64,000 bases of DNA from contig CAXNMK010000002.1 of assembly GCA_964203225.1 (NCBI GenBank), positions 545,664-609,663 of the forward strand, read 5' to 3'. Below the pieces are notes generated by a model, which made no database searches, was not told the DNA's origin, and saw nothing but the letters and a program-made list of their open reading frames with translations. This document shows positions 45,291 through 55,287 of the stretch, piece after piece (positions within the stretch are counted from its first letter, which is position 1; each line of letters opens with the position of its first letter). The DNA comes from Kofleriaceae bacterium (GTDB taxonomy: Bacteria; Myxococcota_A; Polyangia; Haliangiales; Haliangiaceae). Made by a program: the position numbers and the translations under genes.

Positions 45291-47670
45291 GCCGTGATAG
45301 AACCACGAATCGGTCCACGTGGAGGCCCCCGGCGTGGTCGACGATCACGGTGATCGCGCCCTCGGCATCGGTCCGCGCGACCGCGGCGCCGGCCGCCTGC
45401 CAGCGCGCGACCACCGCGGGCGAGGGGAAGCCGAACGTGTTGCCGCGCCCGCACGAGATCACGGCGAGCGCAGGCCGGGTGGCGGCGACGAACGCGGGCG
45501 ACGACGAGGTCGGGCTGCCATGGTGCGGGACCTTGACGACGTCGGCGCGCGGCACGCCCGCGGCGACGGCGAGGTCCTCACCCTCGGCCTCGAGGTCGCC
45601 GGGCAGCACGAACACGCGGCCGCGGTGGTGGAGCGACAGCACCAGGGAGTTGTCGTTGACGCTGCGCACCGGATCCGCGGCGCCCTCCACGCGCGCTCCG
45701 TCGGCGGGCTGGTAGCGCGGGCCCCACACGACGAGCTCGACGGCATCGGGGCCGTCGCCGTGGCGGCGCGCGAGCCCGAGTGGTGGATGTCCGATCCGCG
45801 TCCCGCGCGCGGCGAGCACGGCGAGCACCGCCCGCAGCGAGGGCAGGTCGCCGGCGGCGGACGGCGCGGCGGCGTGCGGGGGCGTCGCGGGCTCGGCGGC
45901 GATCCACAGCTCGGCGATCGGCGCCGCGATGCCGGCGAGGCCGAGGTAGTGATCCGGGTGCGGGTGCGAGAGCACCGCGAGGTCGATGTGGTCGTGGCCG
46001 AGAGCGGCGAGCGCGCGCGTGATCACGCGGCCGGGCGCGCTCGCCGCGGCGAGGTCGCGCGCGCTGGCGAGCCCCCCGGCATCGATCAGCCACACCGCGC
46101 CGTCGGGCAACTCGACGAGCGCGGCGTCGCCCTGGCCGACGTCGAGGAACGTGACGCGCAGCGCCCCCGCGGGCGCGGGCGCCTGCGCGACCACCCAGGT
46201 CAGGCACAGCGCGAGCCACGCGGCGGCGTCGAGGCGGGTCCGGCGCGCGCGGCTGGCGAGGAGCAGGGCGAGGGCGACCCCGGCGGTCATCGTGGCCGCG
46301 CTCGCGACCGCCACGCGCCCGACCGGGATCCCGAGCGCCAGCATGCGCGCGAGCTGATCGACGCCCTCGACGATCCACGCCGCGAGTGCGATCGGCGGAT
46401 CACCGAGCGCGTGCGCGAGCGCGCCGACCGCGAGCCCGGCGAGCGCGAGCGGCAGCGCGAGCAGCTCCAGCGCGGGTGTCAGCACCAGGTTGCCGATCAG
46501 CCCGCCGATCGCGATCTCCTGGAAGTGATAGGCGGTCAGCGGCGCGGTCGTGAGGATCACCCACGCCGACGAGGTGACGCCTCGGACGACGTGGCCACGC
46601 ACGCCCCCGCCCGCGCGGGCCGGCGGCCGGAGCGCGAGCGTGAGCGCGGCGGTGAACGACAGCTGGAACGACGCGTCGTAGATGTCGAGCGGGCGCCACG
46701 CGAGCAGGACGAGGGCGGCGACGCCGAGCGCGTCGAGCAGCCGGAGCGGACGATCGAGCATCGCGGCGAGGAGCACCAGGGCGATCACGAGGAGTGCGCG
46801 CACCGTCGCGAGCTGGGCGCCGGTGATCATCGTGTACGCGAGCGCGAGCGCGAGCGCCGGCGGGGCGGCCCATCGCGCGGGGTGCACGCGCCCGCCCCAG
46901 GGCGACGCCCCGACCAGCCGGGTCAGCAGCGCGAACGCGAGCCCGGCGATCACCGCGAGGTGGAGGCCCGACACCGAGAGCACGTGGTAGATGCCGACCA
47001 CGCGCCAGCGCGCGTCGAGCGTGGGCTCGATGTGGCCGCGATCCCCGGTGACGATGCCGCGCAGCGCGGCGCGCCCACCGGGTGGCCCGCCCGCCGCATC
47101 GAGGCGGGCGCCCCACGCGCGCTGGGTGTCCGCGGCCTTCCGCCACGCCCACGCGGCGAGGCCACCGGCGCGTCCGCGGGGCTCGACGAGCTGCGCGGTG
47201 AGCTCGTAGCGGAGCGCGGCGGCCCGGCGATCGGGGGCGCCCGGGCCCCGCACCCCCTCGGCGGTGCGGACGCGGCCGGTGACGACGATCCGGTCCCCCG
47301 GCGTGAGCGGCCCGCTCGCCCACACCCACAGCTCGGCCCCGGTCGCCACGTCGACCGCCGCGCCCACGCCGCGCGTCGTGGTGATCACCGGCCCGCGCAC
47401 GACGCCCTCGACGCGATCCTCGCCGCGATCGTCGGCGATCACCCCGGCGGGGAGGGGGGCCCGGCCCGCCGCCCCGAGCGCCAGCCCGCAGGCGAGCACC
47501 GCGGGGAGTGCGAAGATCCCGCGGCGACCGGCGAGCAGGGCGAGCGCGGCGGCGGCGCCCCACCACAGCTCGGGGGCGCTCGCCGGCACGCGCGGGGCGA
47601 GGGTGATGCCGATGGCGAGCACGACCGCGAGGGGGAGCGGGCGGAGCGAGGGCGCGATCGGTGCTGACAT
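45277..47670 (-). CDS. comEC: DNA internalisation-related competence protein ComEC/Rec2 (competence TM domain plus metallo-beta-lactamase domain)
   Basis: Multi-TM competence domain (LLAAMLDRPLRLLDALGVAALVLL...). MBL motifs LDVGQGDAALVELPDGAVWLIDAGG and SHPHPDHYLGL, VKVPHHGS. Confidence 0.85.
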   Translation of the reverse strand: MSAPIAPSLRPLPLAVVLAIGITLAPRVPASAPELWWGAAAALALLAGRRGIFALPAVLACGLALGAAGRAPLPAGVIADDRGEDRVEGVVRGPVITTTRGVGAAVDVATGAELWVWASGPLTPGDRIVVTGRVRTAEGVRGPGAPDRRAAALRYELTAQLVEPRGRAGGLAAWAWRKAADTQRAWGARLDAAGGPPGGRAALRGIVTGDRGHIEPTLDARWRVVGIYHVLSVSGLHLAVIAGLAFALLTRLVGASPWGGRVHPARWAAPPALALALAYTMITGAQLATVRALLVIALVLLAAMLDRPLRLLDALGVAALVLLAWRPLDIYDASFQLSFTAALTLALRPPARAGGGVRGHVVRGVTSSAWVILTTAPLTAYHFQEIAIGGLIGNLVLTPALELLALPLALAGLAVGALAHALGDPPIALAAWIVEGVDQLARMLALGIPVGRVAVASAATMTAGVALALLLASRARRTRLDAAAWLALCLTWVVAQAPAPAGALRVTFLDVGQGDAALVELPDGAVWLIDAGGLASARDLAAASAPGRVITRALAALGHDHIDLAVLSHPHPDHYLGLAGIAAPIAELWIAAEPATPPHAAAPSAAGDLPSLRAVLAVLAARGTRIGHPPLGLARRHGDGPDAVELVVWGPRYQPADGARVEGAADPVRSVNDNSLVLSLHHRGRVFVLPGDLEAEGEDLAVAAGVPRADVVKVPHHGSPTSSSPAFVAATRPALAVISCGRGNTFGFPSPAVVARWQAAGAAVARTDAEGAITVIVDHAGGLHVDRFVVLSRRGVR

Positions 47671-47741
47671 GTGGGCCTTATCGATCGGGGGCTGCGGCGG
47701 TTGCGGCCGTTGGTGCGGGGGCACTACGATCGAGCCCGCTC

Positions 47742-48431
47742 ATGCCCTTGGGACGTCGTGTTCGTGTCGTGGTTTTCGGGTCGGTCCTCGTCGCGTCCGG
47801 CTTCGCCGGGCCCGCCCTGGCTGGCTCCGTCGGGGGAACGCTGGAGCTGCCGGTCAATCCGGAGCGGCCGGCGGCGGCGACACGGGGGTTCCTCGATCGG
47901 GTCGAGAACCCGCTCGCGCCCGCGCGCACATTCGCGCTGACCCCGCACCTGCTCGTCGCGCTCGAGGGGGCCGCCAGGCCGACCGCGAGCCAGGTCACCT
48001 GGGACCTCGTGGGGGAGTCGTTCGCGCGGCCGGTGATCGGCGCGTCGGTCGGCGGCGAGGTCGTGATCAAGAACCTGTCGCGGCAGGCGCGCACGCTGGT
48101 CGCCGCCCAGGACCCGAACCTGATCGCGGCCGGGCCGATCAACCCGACCGGGCCGAAGTCGTTCCGCGCGAGCGAGCCCAAGGTCTACACGATCGCCGAC
48201 AAGGACGCGCCGCACCTGATGGGCACCGTGGTCGTGGTCGATGGCTTCGTCGCGACCGTCGACGACGGCGGCAAGTTCGAGTTCCCCGACGTCCCGGAGG
48301 GGACCTACAAGCTCAAGGTGTTCTTCAAGGACGCCTGGCTCGACGTGACGGCCGACGTGCAGGTCAGCGCGAAGGGCAAGACCGAAGTGAATCCCAAGCT
48401 CCCGGCGCTCTCGGCGTCGGCGAAGAAGTGA
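47742..48431 (+). CDS. hypothetical secreted protein (beta-sandwich-like)
   Basis: Signal peptide MPLGRRVRVVVFGSVLVASGFAGPALA. GTYKLKVFFKDAWLDVTADVQVSAKG resembles carboxypeptidase-regulatory/transthyretin-like strands. Divergent from comEC. Confidence 0.55.
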   Translation: MPLGRRVRVVVFGSVLVASGFAGPALAGSVGGTLELPVNPERPAAATRGFLDRVENPLAPARTFALTPHLLVALEGAARPTASQVTWDLVGESFARPVIGASVGGEVVIKNLSRQARTLVAAQDPNLIAAGPINPTGPKSFRASEPKVYTIADKDAPHLMGTVVVVDGFVATVDDGGKFEFPDVPEGTYKLKVFFKDAWLDVTADVQVSAKGKTEVNPKLPALSASAKK

Positions 48432-48438
48432 GCTGACG

Positions 48439-50190
48439 GTGTTCCTGTCGAAGATCTGGTTCTTCCTGGTGGCGCTCGCCGCCGCCGTCGCGCTCACCGT
48501 CGCCCTCGTCCTGCCGCGTCCCGCGCAGCGGTCGACGGTGCAGCTGGAGCAGCAGCGGCTGGTGGTCGCGTGCGGCGTGATCGACATCCTCCTCGGGGAC
48601 GACGCGCGCAACCGCGTCGACCTCACGGGCGCGTTCTCGCGTACCCCCGAGATCGTCGCCGCTCTCGAGGCTGCGTCCGGCACCGAGAAGCTCGACGAGG
48701 CGCGCATGAAGGCCGTGCGCGACATCGGCAACAACGTGATGAAGACGATCCAGGGCAGTCGCAAGCCCGACTTCGCGATGCTGATCGACCGCCGCGGGCG
48801 GGTCGTCGCGCGCGTCAGCCTCGACGAGAACGACTTCGGCGACGTCGCGGCCGGCCGCCCGCTGATCGACGACGCGCTCGCCGGCTACCTCCGCGACGAC
48901 CTGTGGCAGCTCAACGGCACGATGTACTTCGTGTCCGCGGCGCCCGTGATCAAGCGCGACCCGCCGGTGTCCTACGTCGGCGCGATCGTCCTCGGTCACG
49001 CCGTCACCAACGAGCTCGCGAAGAAGCTGGTGTCGTCCCTCGAGGTCGAGGTCGGCTTCTACCTGGGCAAGGACGAGGTCGCGGGCAGCAAGTCGCTCTC
49101 GGTGGATCCCAAGCCGATGCTCGCCGCGGTGCAGAAGCTCGCCGGCGGCGACATCCACCGCGATTGTCAGGCGAACAAGCCCCTCGAGGTGTCCAGCGGC
49201 AAGGACAGCTACACGTCCGTGGTGGCGCGCCTCCCCGGCGAGGCGGGCAACAAGGACGCGTTCTACTCGGTGATGATCAAGCGGCCACAGGCGGTCGGCT
49301 TCACAGGTACGCTCAAGGTCGTCAACCAGAGCGACCTGTCGTTCGACCACTTCCCGTGGGTGTTCGTCGGCGGCGCGTTCGTCGTGATCCTCGGCCTCGG
49401 CATCGGCCTGATGTTCGTGGAGAGCGATCGTCCGCTCAAGCGGCTGACCGCCGATGCGGTGCGGCTCGCCAAGGGTGACACCGAGCGCCTGTCCGAGGAC
49501 GGCCACGGCGGCAAGTACGGCTCGATCGCGCGCAGCGTGAACATCCACATCGACAAGGTCGGCCGCGACGCCCGCAGCGCGAAGAAAGACCTCGACGGCC
49601 TGCTCGGCCCGGCCCTCGAGGGCAGCCTCGGCACGATCGACCTCCTCGCGTCGGCTCTCCCGGCTGCGCGCCCGGGGGGCCCGGCCGCCGCGTCCCCGCC
49701 GCCGTCGGACTTCAAGTTCAACGACCCGGGCGCGTCTGCGCCGCTGTTCGGTGGTCCCGCGGCCCCCGCCGCGCGGCCCGCACCGCTCGCGCTCACGCCT
49801 CCGTCGGTCAAGCCGCGCACCCCGCCCGTCGGCGTGCCCGCGGCGCCGGTCGCTCCGGTGGCGCCGATGGCGTCGGTTGGCGAGTCGATCAACAACCTCG
49901 ACTCGCTTGATGACGACATCCTCGGCGCACCCGAGCCCGAGGTGCCGGCCGCGCCCGCGGCGTCCGCTCACGACGCGGACTTCCAGCAGGTGTTCGAGGA
50001 CTTCGTCGCCACCAAGAAGACGTGCGGCGAGTCGATCACCGGCCTCACCCTCGCCAAGTTCTCCGAGAAGCTCGTGAAGAACCGGGATGACCTGATGGCC
50101 AAGACCGGCTGCAAGGAGGTCCGGTTCACGGTCTATGTCAAGGACGGCAAGGCCGCCCTCAAGGCGACCCCGGTCAAGGACGGGGCGTAG
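48439..50190 (+). CDS. membrane protein with periplasmic sensor-like domain, HAMP-like linker and conserved Cys-containing C-terminal domain
   Basis: TM1 IWFFLVALAAAVALTVALVL, TM2 FPWVFVGGAFVVILGLGIGLMFV, then a HAMP-like amphipathic segment. C-terminus CGESITGLTLAKFSEKLVKNRDDLMAKTGCKEVRFTVYVKDGKAALKATPV. Confidence 0.6.
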   Translation: MFLSKIWFFLVALAAAVALTVALVLPRPAQRSTVQLEQQRLVVACGVIDILLGDDARNRVDLTGAFSRTPEIVAALEAASGTEKLDEARMKAVRDIGNNVMKTIQGSRKPDFAMLIDRRGRVVARVSLDENDFGDVAAGRPLIDDALAGYLRDDLWQLNGTMYFVSAAPVIKRDPPVSYVGAIVLGHAVTNELAKKLVSSLEVEVGFYLGKDEVAGSKSLSVDPKPMLAAVQKLAGGDIHRDCQANKPLEVSSGKDSYTSVVARLPGEAGNKDAFYSVMIKRPQAVGFTGTLKVVNQSDLSFDHFPWVFVGGAFVVILGLGIGLMFVESDRPLKRLTADAVRLAKGDTERLSEDGHGGKYGSIARSVNIHIDKVGRDARSAKKDLDGLLGPALEGSLGTIDLLASALPAARPGGPAAASPPPSDFKFNDPGASAPLFGGPAAPAARPAPLALTPPSVKPRTPPVGVPAAPVAPVAPMASVGESINNLDSLDDDILGAPEPEVPAAPAASAHDADFQQVFEDFVATKKTCGESITGLTLAKFSEKLVKNRDDLMAKTGCKEVRFTVYVKDGKAALKATPVKDGA

Positions 50191-50208
50191 CGCGCCGCGC
50201 CTCCGTGG

Positions 50209-51648
50209 CTACACGGTGGCGACGATGGCGATGATGCGCTCGCGGAGCCGCTGCGCATCGATCAGCGCCTGCGCCGTGGTCGGTCGCTCTGCCGGATCCG
50301 GATCGGCGAGGTGAGTCAGGTGCGCCTGCACGGCCTCGGCGAGATCGGCGGGCACGCCCGCGAACACGCTCGCGGGCAGGCACAGCTCGTCGCCGGTGCG
50401 GACGCCGGCCATCAGGGCGCGCTGCCAGGGTGTGCGCGCGGTCAGGTTCTCGAACAGCACGATCGCGGCGGCGTAGATATCGGCCGCAGGCGTCAGCTCG
50501 CCCCGCCGCTGCTCGGGCGCCATGTACGCGAGCGTCCCGACGGCCTCGGCGCGCTGCTCGCTGCCGCTGGCGGCGCCGCTGACGTCGGGCAGGTGGGCCA
50601 CGCCGAAGTCACCGAGCATGACCTCGACGCCAGGCAGGTCGACGTCGCGCCGGAACATCAGGTTGGCCGGCTTGAGATCGCAGTGGACGATGCCGCGCTT
50701 GTGAGCGGCCGCGAGCGCCGACAGCACCTGGCCGTGGCGCTCGATGGCGCGGCGCAGGGGCCGCGGCCCGCGCTCGCGGAGCACGTCGCGCAGCGTGCCG
50801 CCGGCGGCGAGCTCCATCACGATCCGGCGCGACGGCTCGTCGAGGTCGAGCACGGCGACGATGTTCGGGTGCCGCAGCGACGCCATCACGCGCGCCTCGT
50901 GGAAGAACCGCGCGAGCGCATCGGCGCGCTCGGCGCCGGCGAGGTGCGGGTGGAGCAGCTTGACCGCGACGTCGCGCTCGAACTCGGCGTCGCGCGCCAG
51001 GTACACCACGCCGGTCGCGCCGCGCCCGAGCTCGCGGACCAGCCGGTAGCGCGCGCCGGCCTGCACGCCGACGACGTCGCCCGCGGCGATGGTCTCGCCC
51101 GCCTGCGGCGCCGCGCGGCCGGTCAGCTGCCGCAGCCTCTCGACGCGCGCGCGGACGTTGGGGTAGTCGACGTCGCGCCCGAGCACCGCCTCGTAGTGAC
51201 GGAGCGCGAGCTCGTTCTCGCCCTTCTTGCGCGCGTGCTCGGCGAGCAGGTAGTGCGCGCGCAGCGCATGCGGCTCGGTGCGGCTGAGCAGCTCGAGGTG
51301 GGGGACGGCGGTGGCGAGCTCGCCGCGCTGCTCGTAGCGCTCGACGAGCAGCACGCGCAGAGGCGGCAGGTGCGCGGCGGGCACCTCGGGGACGCCGAGC
51401 AGCTTCTCGATCCACTCGATCGCGAGCCGCTCGTGCCCGCCGGTCCACAGGCCGTCGAGGCGCGTCAGCACGTCGGGGCCGGCGATCTCGTCGCGGCGCC
51501 GGCCCTCCGACAGGTCCTTGACCAGCGCGGCGAGGAACATCTCGTCCTCGCTGCCGAGGTGCTGCGGCTCCGGCGCGGCCGGGGGCGGCGCGACGGGCAG
51601 GCCGCGGCCCTCGCCCTGCCCGAGCAGGCGCTTCCACCACGACGCCAC
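50209..51648 (-). CDS. Ser/Thr protein kinase with N-terminal TPR-like region
   Basis: Kinase motifs GRGATGVVYLA, HCDLKPANLMF, DFGVA, APEQ in the C-terminal half. N-terminal helical repeats (ALRAHYLLAEHARKKGENELALRHYEAVL). Start GTG 51648 overlaps the FHA-gene stop (alternative ATG at 51540). Confidence 0.8.
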   Translation of the reverse strand: MASWWKRLLGQGEGRGLPVAPPPAAPEPQHLGSEDEMFLAALVKDLSEGRRRDEIAGPDVLTRLDGLWTGGHERLAIEWIEKLLGVPEVPAAHLPPLRVLLVERYEQRGELATAVPHLELLSRTEPHALRAHYLLAEHARKKGENELALRHYEAVLGRDVDYPNVRARVERLRQLTGRAAPQAGETIAAGDVVGVQAGARYRLVRELGRGATGVVYLARDAEFERDVAVKLLHPHLAGAERADALARFFHEARVMASLRHPNIVAVLDLDEPSRRIVMELAAGGTLRDVLRERGPRPLRRAIERHGQVLSALAAAHKRGIVHCDLKPANLMFRRDVDLPGVEVMLGDFGVAHLPDVSGAASGSEQRAEAVGTLAYMAPEQRRGELTPAADIYAAAIVLFENLTARTPWQRALMAGVRTGDELCLPASVFAGVPADLAEAVQAHLTHLADPDPAERPTTAQALIDAQRLRERIIAIVATV

Positions 51649-51649
51649 G

Positions 51650-52831
51650 TCAGCCCACGTCGATCTCGTCGCCATCGGCGACGATCCGGTCCCCGCGGAC
51701 CAGCTGCACCCGCACGTCGCCGAGGCGCTCCTCGTTGAACGTGACCTCGCGCGCGGTGCCACGCCCGAGCAGGGGGCGCCCGCCCTTGACCACGAGGTCG
51801 AGCGGGAGCCCGACCGGGGCCAGCGCGAGGCGATCGTCCTCGGCGCCCGCGAGCAGCGCGACGCCGCGATCGAGGCCTCCCGCGCACCGCAGGAGCAGCA
51901 CGCCGGCGGCCAGACCGTAGTCGATCGGGCACTCGTCGCCGAGGCCGAACGTGCCGGTGCCCGAGAGCGGCACGCGCCCGGCGAGCGGGAGGCCACTGAC
52001 GCTGGTGCCGTTGCGTGAGTCGAGGTCGCGCAGCACGAACCCCTCGGGGGTGCGCTCGATCTCCGCGTGCTGGCGTGACACGCCCCCGGCGCGCAGCGCG
52101 AGGTCGCACAGCGGATCGCGGCCAAGGACGATCTTGGGCGCCGCGCACACCACGATCAGCGGCCGGCCGCGCCGCCGCAGCTCGACCTTGCCCGCGGTCA
52201 GCAGCGAGGTGTCGAGCTGATCGAGCAGCCGCCGGTACTCGCCCGCGACCGAGGACGCGCCGATCGCGCGCACCAGCTCGCGGCGGGCCTCGTCGCGGCG
52301 GCCGACCTGCATCGCCGTCTCGTAGCCGGCGAACGCATCGGCCTCGGCGCGCGAGCGATCGTTGGCGGCCTCGTCCTTGCCGAGCGCCAGCTCCATGCGC
52401 TCGACGAGGCCGCCCGCGGAGTACGCGGTGGCGGCCGCGAGGTGATCGCCGATCGCCTCGAGCGCCTCGCCGGCGAGGTGGTGATCGTCGCCGGTGACCA
52501 GCAGCTCCGCGGCTTCGCGGACCTTGGCCCGATCGCGCTCGGTGGCGATGCCCTCGGCCTTCGCCGCCTCGTACTGCGCCTTGCCGAGCGCCGCCGCCGC
52601 GCGCCGCCGCAGCTCGGGCACCTCGCCCGCCCACCGCAGCGCATCGCGGAGCGCGCCGATCTCGGCGAGCCGGCTGCCCGCGCGCGCGGCCCGCGCGAGG
52701 TGCATGCGGACCGCGCCCTCGAGCTCACCGGCGAGGGCATACCGCTCGGCCGCGAGGTCGACGTTGCCCGCGGCCTCGGCGGCCACTGCGGTGCGGTAGT
52801 CGGCGGACAACATGCGGCGGAGGAAGCTCAC
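51650..52831 (-). CDS. FHA domain-containing protein (helical N-terminal region, C-terminal FHA)
   Basis: FHA signature IVLGRDPLCDLALRAGGVSRQHAEIERTPEGFVLRDLDSRNGTSVSG. Immediately upstream of, and overlapping, the STK gene. Confidence 0.8.
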   Translation of the reverse strand: MSFLRRMLSADYRTAVAAEAAGNVDLAAERYALAGELEGAVRMHLARAARAGSRLAEIGALRDALRWAGEVPELRRRAAAALGKAQYEAAKAEGIATERDRAKVREAAELLVTGDDHHLAGEALEAIGDHLAAATAYSAGGLVERMELALGKDEAANDRSRAEADAFAGYETAMQVGRRDEARRELVRAIGASSVAGEYRRLLDQLDTSLLTAGKVELRRRGRPLIVVCAAPKIVLGRDPLCDLALRAGGVSRQHAEIERTPEGFVLRDLDSRNGTSVSGLPLAGRVPLSGTGTFGLGDECPIDYGLAAGVLLLRCAGGLDRGVALLAGAEDDRLALAPVGLPLDLVVKGGRPLLGRGTAREVTFNEERLGDVRVQLVRGDRIVADGDEIDVG

Positions 52832-52861
52832 GGCGGCTGCGCCCAGTATAGCGGGGCGCCG

Positions 52862-54688
52862 TCAGCGGGGCAGGGCCTGGCCGAACTTCGCCTGGTAGTC
52901 CTGCGCGAGCTGGTCGAGCGCGGCCTGGTCCTTGGCCCGGACGAGCGCCTTGCCCAGGGTCCGCCACGCCTGGCCGAGCTCGGGGTCGGCGGCGATCGCG
53001 GCCCGCAGGTGGGCGACCCCGGCGGTGGTGCCGCTCGCCTCGCGCAGCGCGATCACACCCGACAGGTAGAGCGCCCACGAGTTGTCGGGCTGCCCGGCGA
53101 GGGCGCGCCGGCACGCCGCGCGCGCGGGCTCGATCTGGCCCATCCGCAGCGCGAGATCGCAGCGGACCGCCGCGAGCCCGGGGGCGCGGGCCCACCGCTT
53201 CTCGGCGGCGGCGAGCGCGGCCTCGGCGGGGCCGTACTTGCTGGCGTACACCTGCGCGAGCGCGGCCTTGACCGCGCGGACCAGCGCGCCCTCGTCGGCG
53301 GGTGTCACGAACGTCGCGCCGCGCGGCACGCCGTAGCGCGCGCGCACCGAGCGGATCGCGGCAGCGGCGGGATCCGCGTCCAGGCCGGCCTTGGCGAGCG
53401 CACCCTCGGCCCAGGTCAGCGCGTCGATGCCCTGGTACAAACCGATCAGCTGCCGCCACGCGTCCGCGGGCGCGGGCAGGTTCGCGATCGTGGCCTCGGC
53501 CTGGACCAGCTCCGCGCGCGCGCCCACGGCGTCGGCGGCGCGCAGCAGCGCCGCGCCGAGCACGAGGTGCGGCGACGGATCCCCGGGCGCGAGCTCGCTG
53601 ACCCGCGCACACGCGGCCTTCGCGGCCGGGTTGGGCACGACCTTGGCCGGCGGGCCGGCCTGCGCGGCCCCCGTCGGCGGGGGCGCGGTGCCCAGGCCCC
53701 CGGCGAGCAGCTCGCACTTGATCAGGTGCAGCGCGGCGTTGCCGGGGTACGCGGTGAGCAAGTTGTCGAGCTCGCCGAGCGCATTGGCCGCGTCGCCGCG
53801 ACGCGCGAGGTTCTGGATCCGCGTGACCTGATCGTAGGCGGCCTGCGGGATGTCGGCGGCGGTCTTGCCCGCGCGCTGCGCATCGATCACCGAGCGCAGC
53901 GCCGTGGTCACCTCGGCCTTGCGCGCCTCGATCCAGCCGCCCCACTCGGCCTTCTCGATCGCGCCGAGCAGCGCCTTCGCGATCGTCTCGTCGGTGGCCT
54001 CCGCGAGGCGCGCGTCGACCGCGAGCGTCAGCAGCTCGCGCGTGCGGTCCGCGAACCCCGCCTGCTTGATCCCGTAGGTCGGGTGCGCGATCCACGTGGG
54101 ATCGGCCTCGCCGATCGCGCCGAGCGTGGCGGCCACGTGGTGCAGCAGCACGACGGTCTGCTTGTGGCGGCGGTGCGCCGCGTAGAGCTCACCGCGCTCG
54201 GCCTCCTTCAGATCGGGCAGCGCGCTCGCGAGCGCGGCGGTCTCCGGCGTCTCGGCCCACCACCGCACGACCACGTGGTGCCCGAGCGGACGCGCGTCGC
54301 CGAGCTCGGTCATCGCCTTGCTCGCGGTGTCCCCCGCGGCCGTGTAGCCGACGACCCAGGTCACGCCGTCGCCCTTGTCGAGCTCGGTCAGCTGCTGCAG
54401 CGCCGCCGACGGCGCGCCGGTGCGATCCCAGTCCTTCCATCCGGCGACCTGGAGGCGCACGCCGAGCAGCGGCGTCAGCAGCTGGCTCGCGTAGTCGACC
54501 TGCTCGCTGACCTCGTCCTTCCAGCGCGGCAGCGCGCGCACGGCAGCATCGACCCACACCCGGATCGTCGCGGTGCGCGGCTCCCCGGCGCGCGGCCGGT
54601 CCGCCTCGAGGGTGGCGGGCAGGTGGGGCGCCAGGTCGGCGGCGACGCGCTCCTGGATCCGGGGGCCGCCACACGCGAGCGTGAGCAT
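52862..54688 (-). CDS. TPR-repeat protein, probably periplasmic
   Basis: Multiple TPR-like helices in the C-terminal half (LALRMGQIEPARAACRRALAGQPDNSWALYLSGVIAL...). The N-terminal part of the 700-aa ORF is Arg/Ser-rich noise; start chosen at MLTLACGG (uncertain). Confidence 0.55.
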   Translation of the reverse strand: MLTLACGGPRIQERVAADLAPHLPATLEADRPRAGEPRTATIRVWVDAAVRALPRWKDEVSEQVDYASQLLTPLLGVRLQVAGWKDWDRTGAPSAALQQLTELDKGDGVTWVVGYTAAGDTASKAMTELGDARPLGHHVVVRWWAETPETAALASALPDLKEAERGELYAAHRRHKQTVVLLHHVAATLGAIGEADPTWIAHPTYGIKQAGFADRTRELLTLAVDARLAEATDETIAKALLGAIEKAEWGGWIEARKAEVTTALRSVIDAQRAGKTAADIPQAAYDQVTRIQNLARRGDAANALGELDNLLTAYPGNAALHLIKCELLAGGLGTAPPPTGAAQAGPPAKVVPNPAAKAACARVSELAPGDPSPHLVLGAALLRAADAVGARAELVQAEATIANLPAPADAWRQLIGLYQGIDALTWAEGALAKAGLDADPAAAAIRSVRARYGVPRGATFVTPADEGALVRAVKAALAQVYASKYGPAEAALAAAEKRWARAPGLAAVRCDLALRMGQIEPARAACRRALAGQPDNSWALYLSGVIALREASGTTAGVAHLRAAIAADPELGQAWRTLGKALVRAKDQAALDQLAQDYQAKFGQALPR

Positions 54689-54809
54689 CGGCGAGGGCCA
54701 GCAGGCGGCGGGGCATGCCCGACTGTCCCCGGTGCGCGTCGAGCGCGCAAGCCACGTCGCGCGGGAGCGTGGCCACGCGGCGAGCGCGGCCCGGGGTAGA
54801 CTGCGCGGG

Positions 54810-55214
54810 ATGAGCCCGCCGCCCGCCCTGTCCCTGGTGATCGACGAGCGCATCCTCGCCGACGGCACCCACGCCCGGACCCACGCCACCGTCGATGGCG
54901 ACCGCGTGGTGATCCGCGACCACGACGGCACCAGCGGCGCGCTGTCGGTGGCGGCCCTCGACAAGGTGATGACCCGCTACGGCCGCGAGCTCGAGGACGG
55001 CGCGACGCTCGACGGTGAGGCGCTCACGATCCCGGGCGGCTACCGGCTGCGGCGGTACCGGTTCCACGCGGTGGTCGACGCCGAGGGTCGCGACTACCTG
55101 GTGTGGGAGCGCCCCGACGGCGAGCCGCTCGCGGTGATCGCGACGATGGTGACCTCGGCGCTCCGGTACCTGGTGCTCCGGCTCGCGATCGAGCGCCCCG
55201 CCGCGGACAGCTGA
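54810..55214 (+). CDS. hypothetical protein (134 aa)
   Basis: ATG at 54810 (MSPPPALSLVIDERILADG...), balanced composition, no motif recognised. Confidence 0.4.
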   Translation: MSPPPALSLVIDERILADGTHARTHATVDGDRVVIRDHDGTSGALSVAALDKVMTRYGRELEDGATLDGEALTIPGGYRLRRYRFHAVVDAEGRDYLVWERPDGEPLAVIATMVTSALRYLVLRLAIERPAADS

Positions 55215-55287
55215 CGCCGCCGCCGGCCTCCGTTCCACGGGGGCTCTGCCCCGCCCTCCGCGGCAAGCCGCGCAGGGTTCCCACCTC

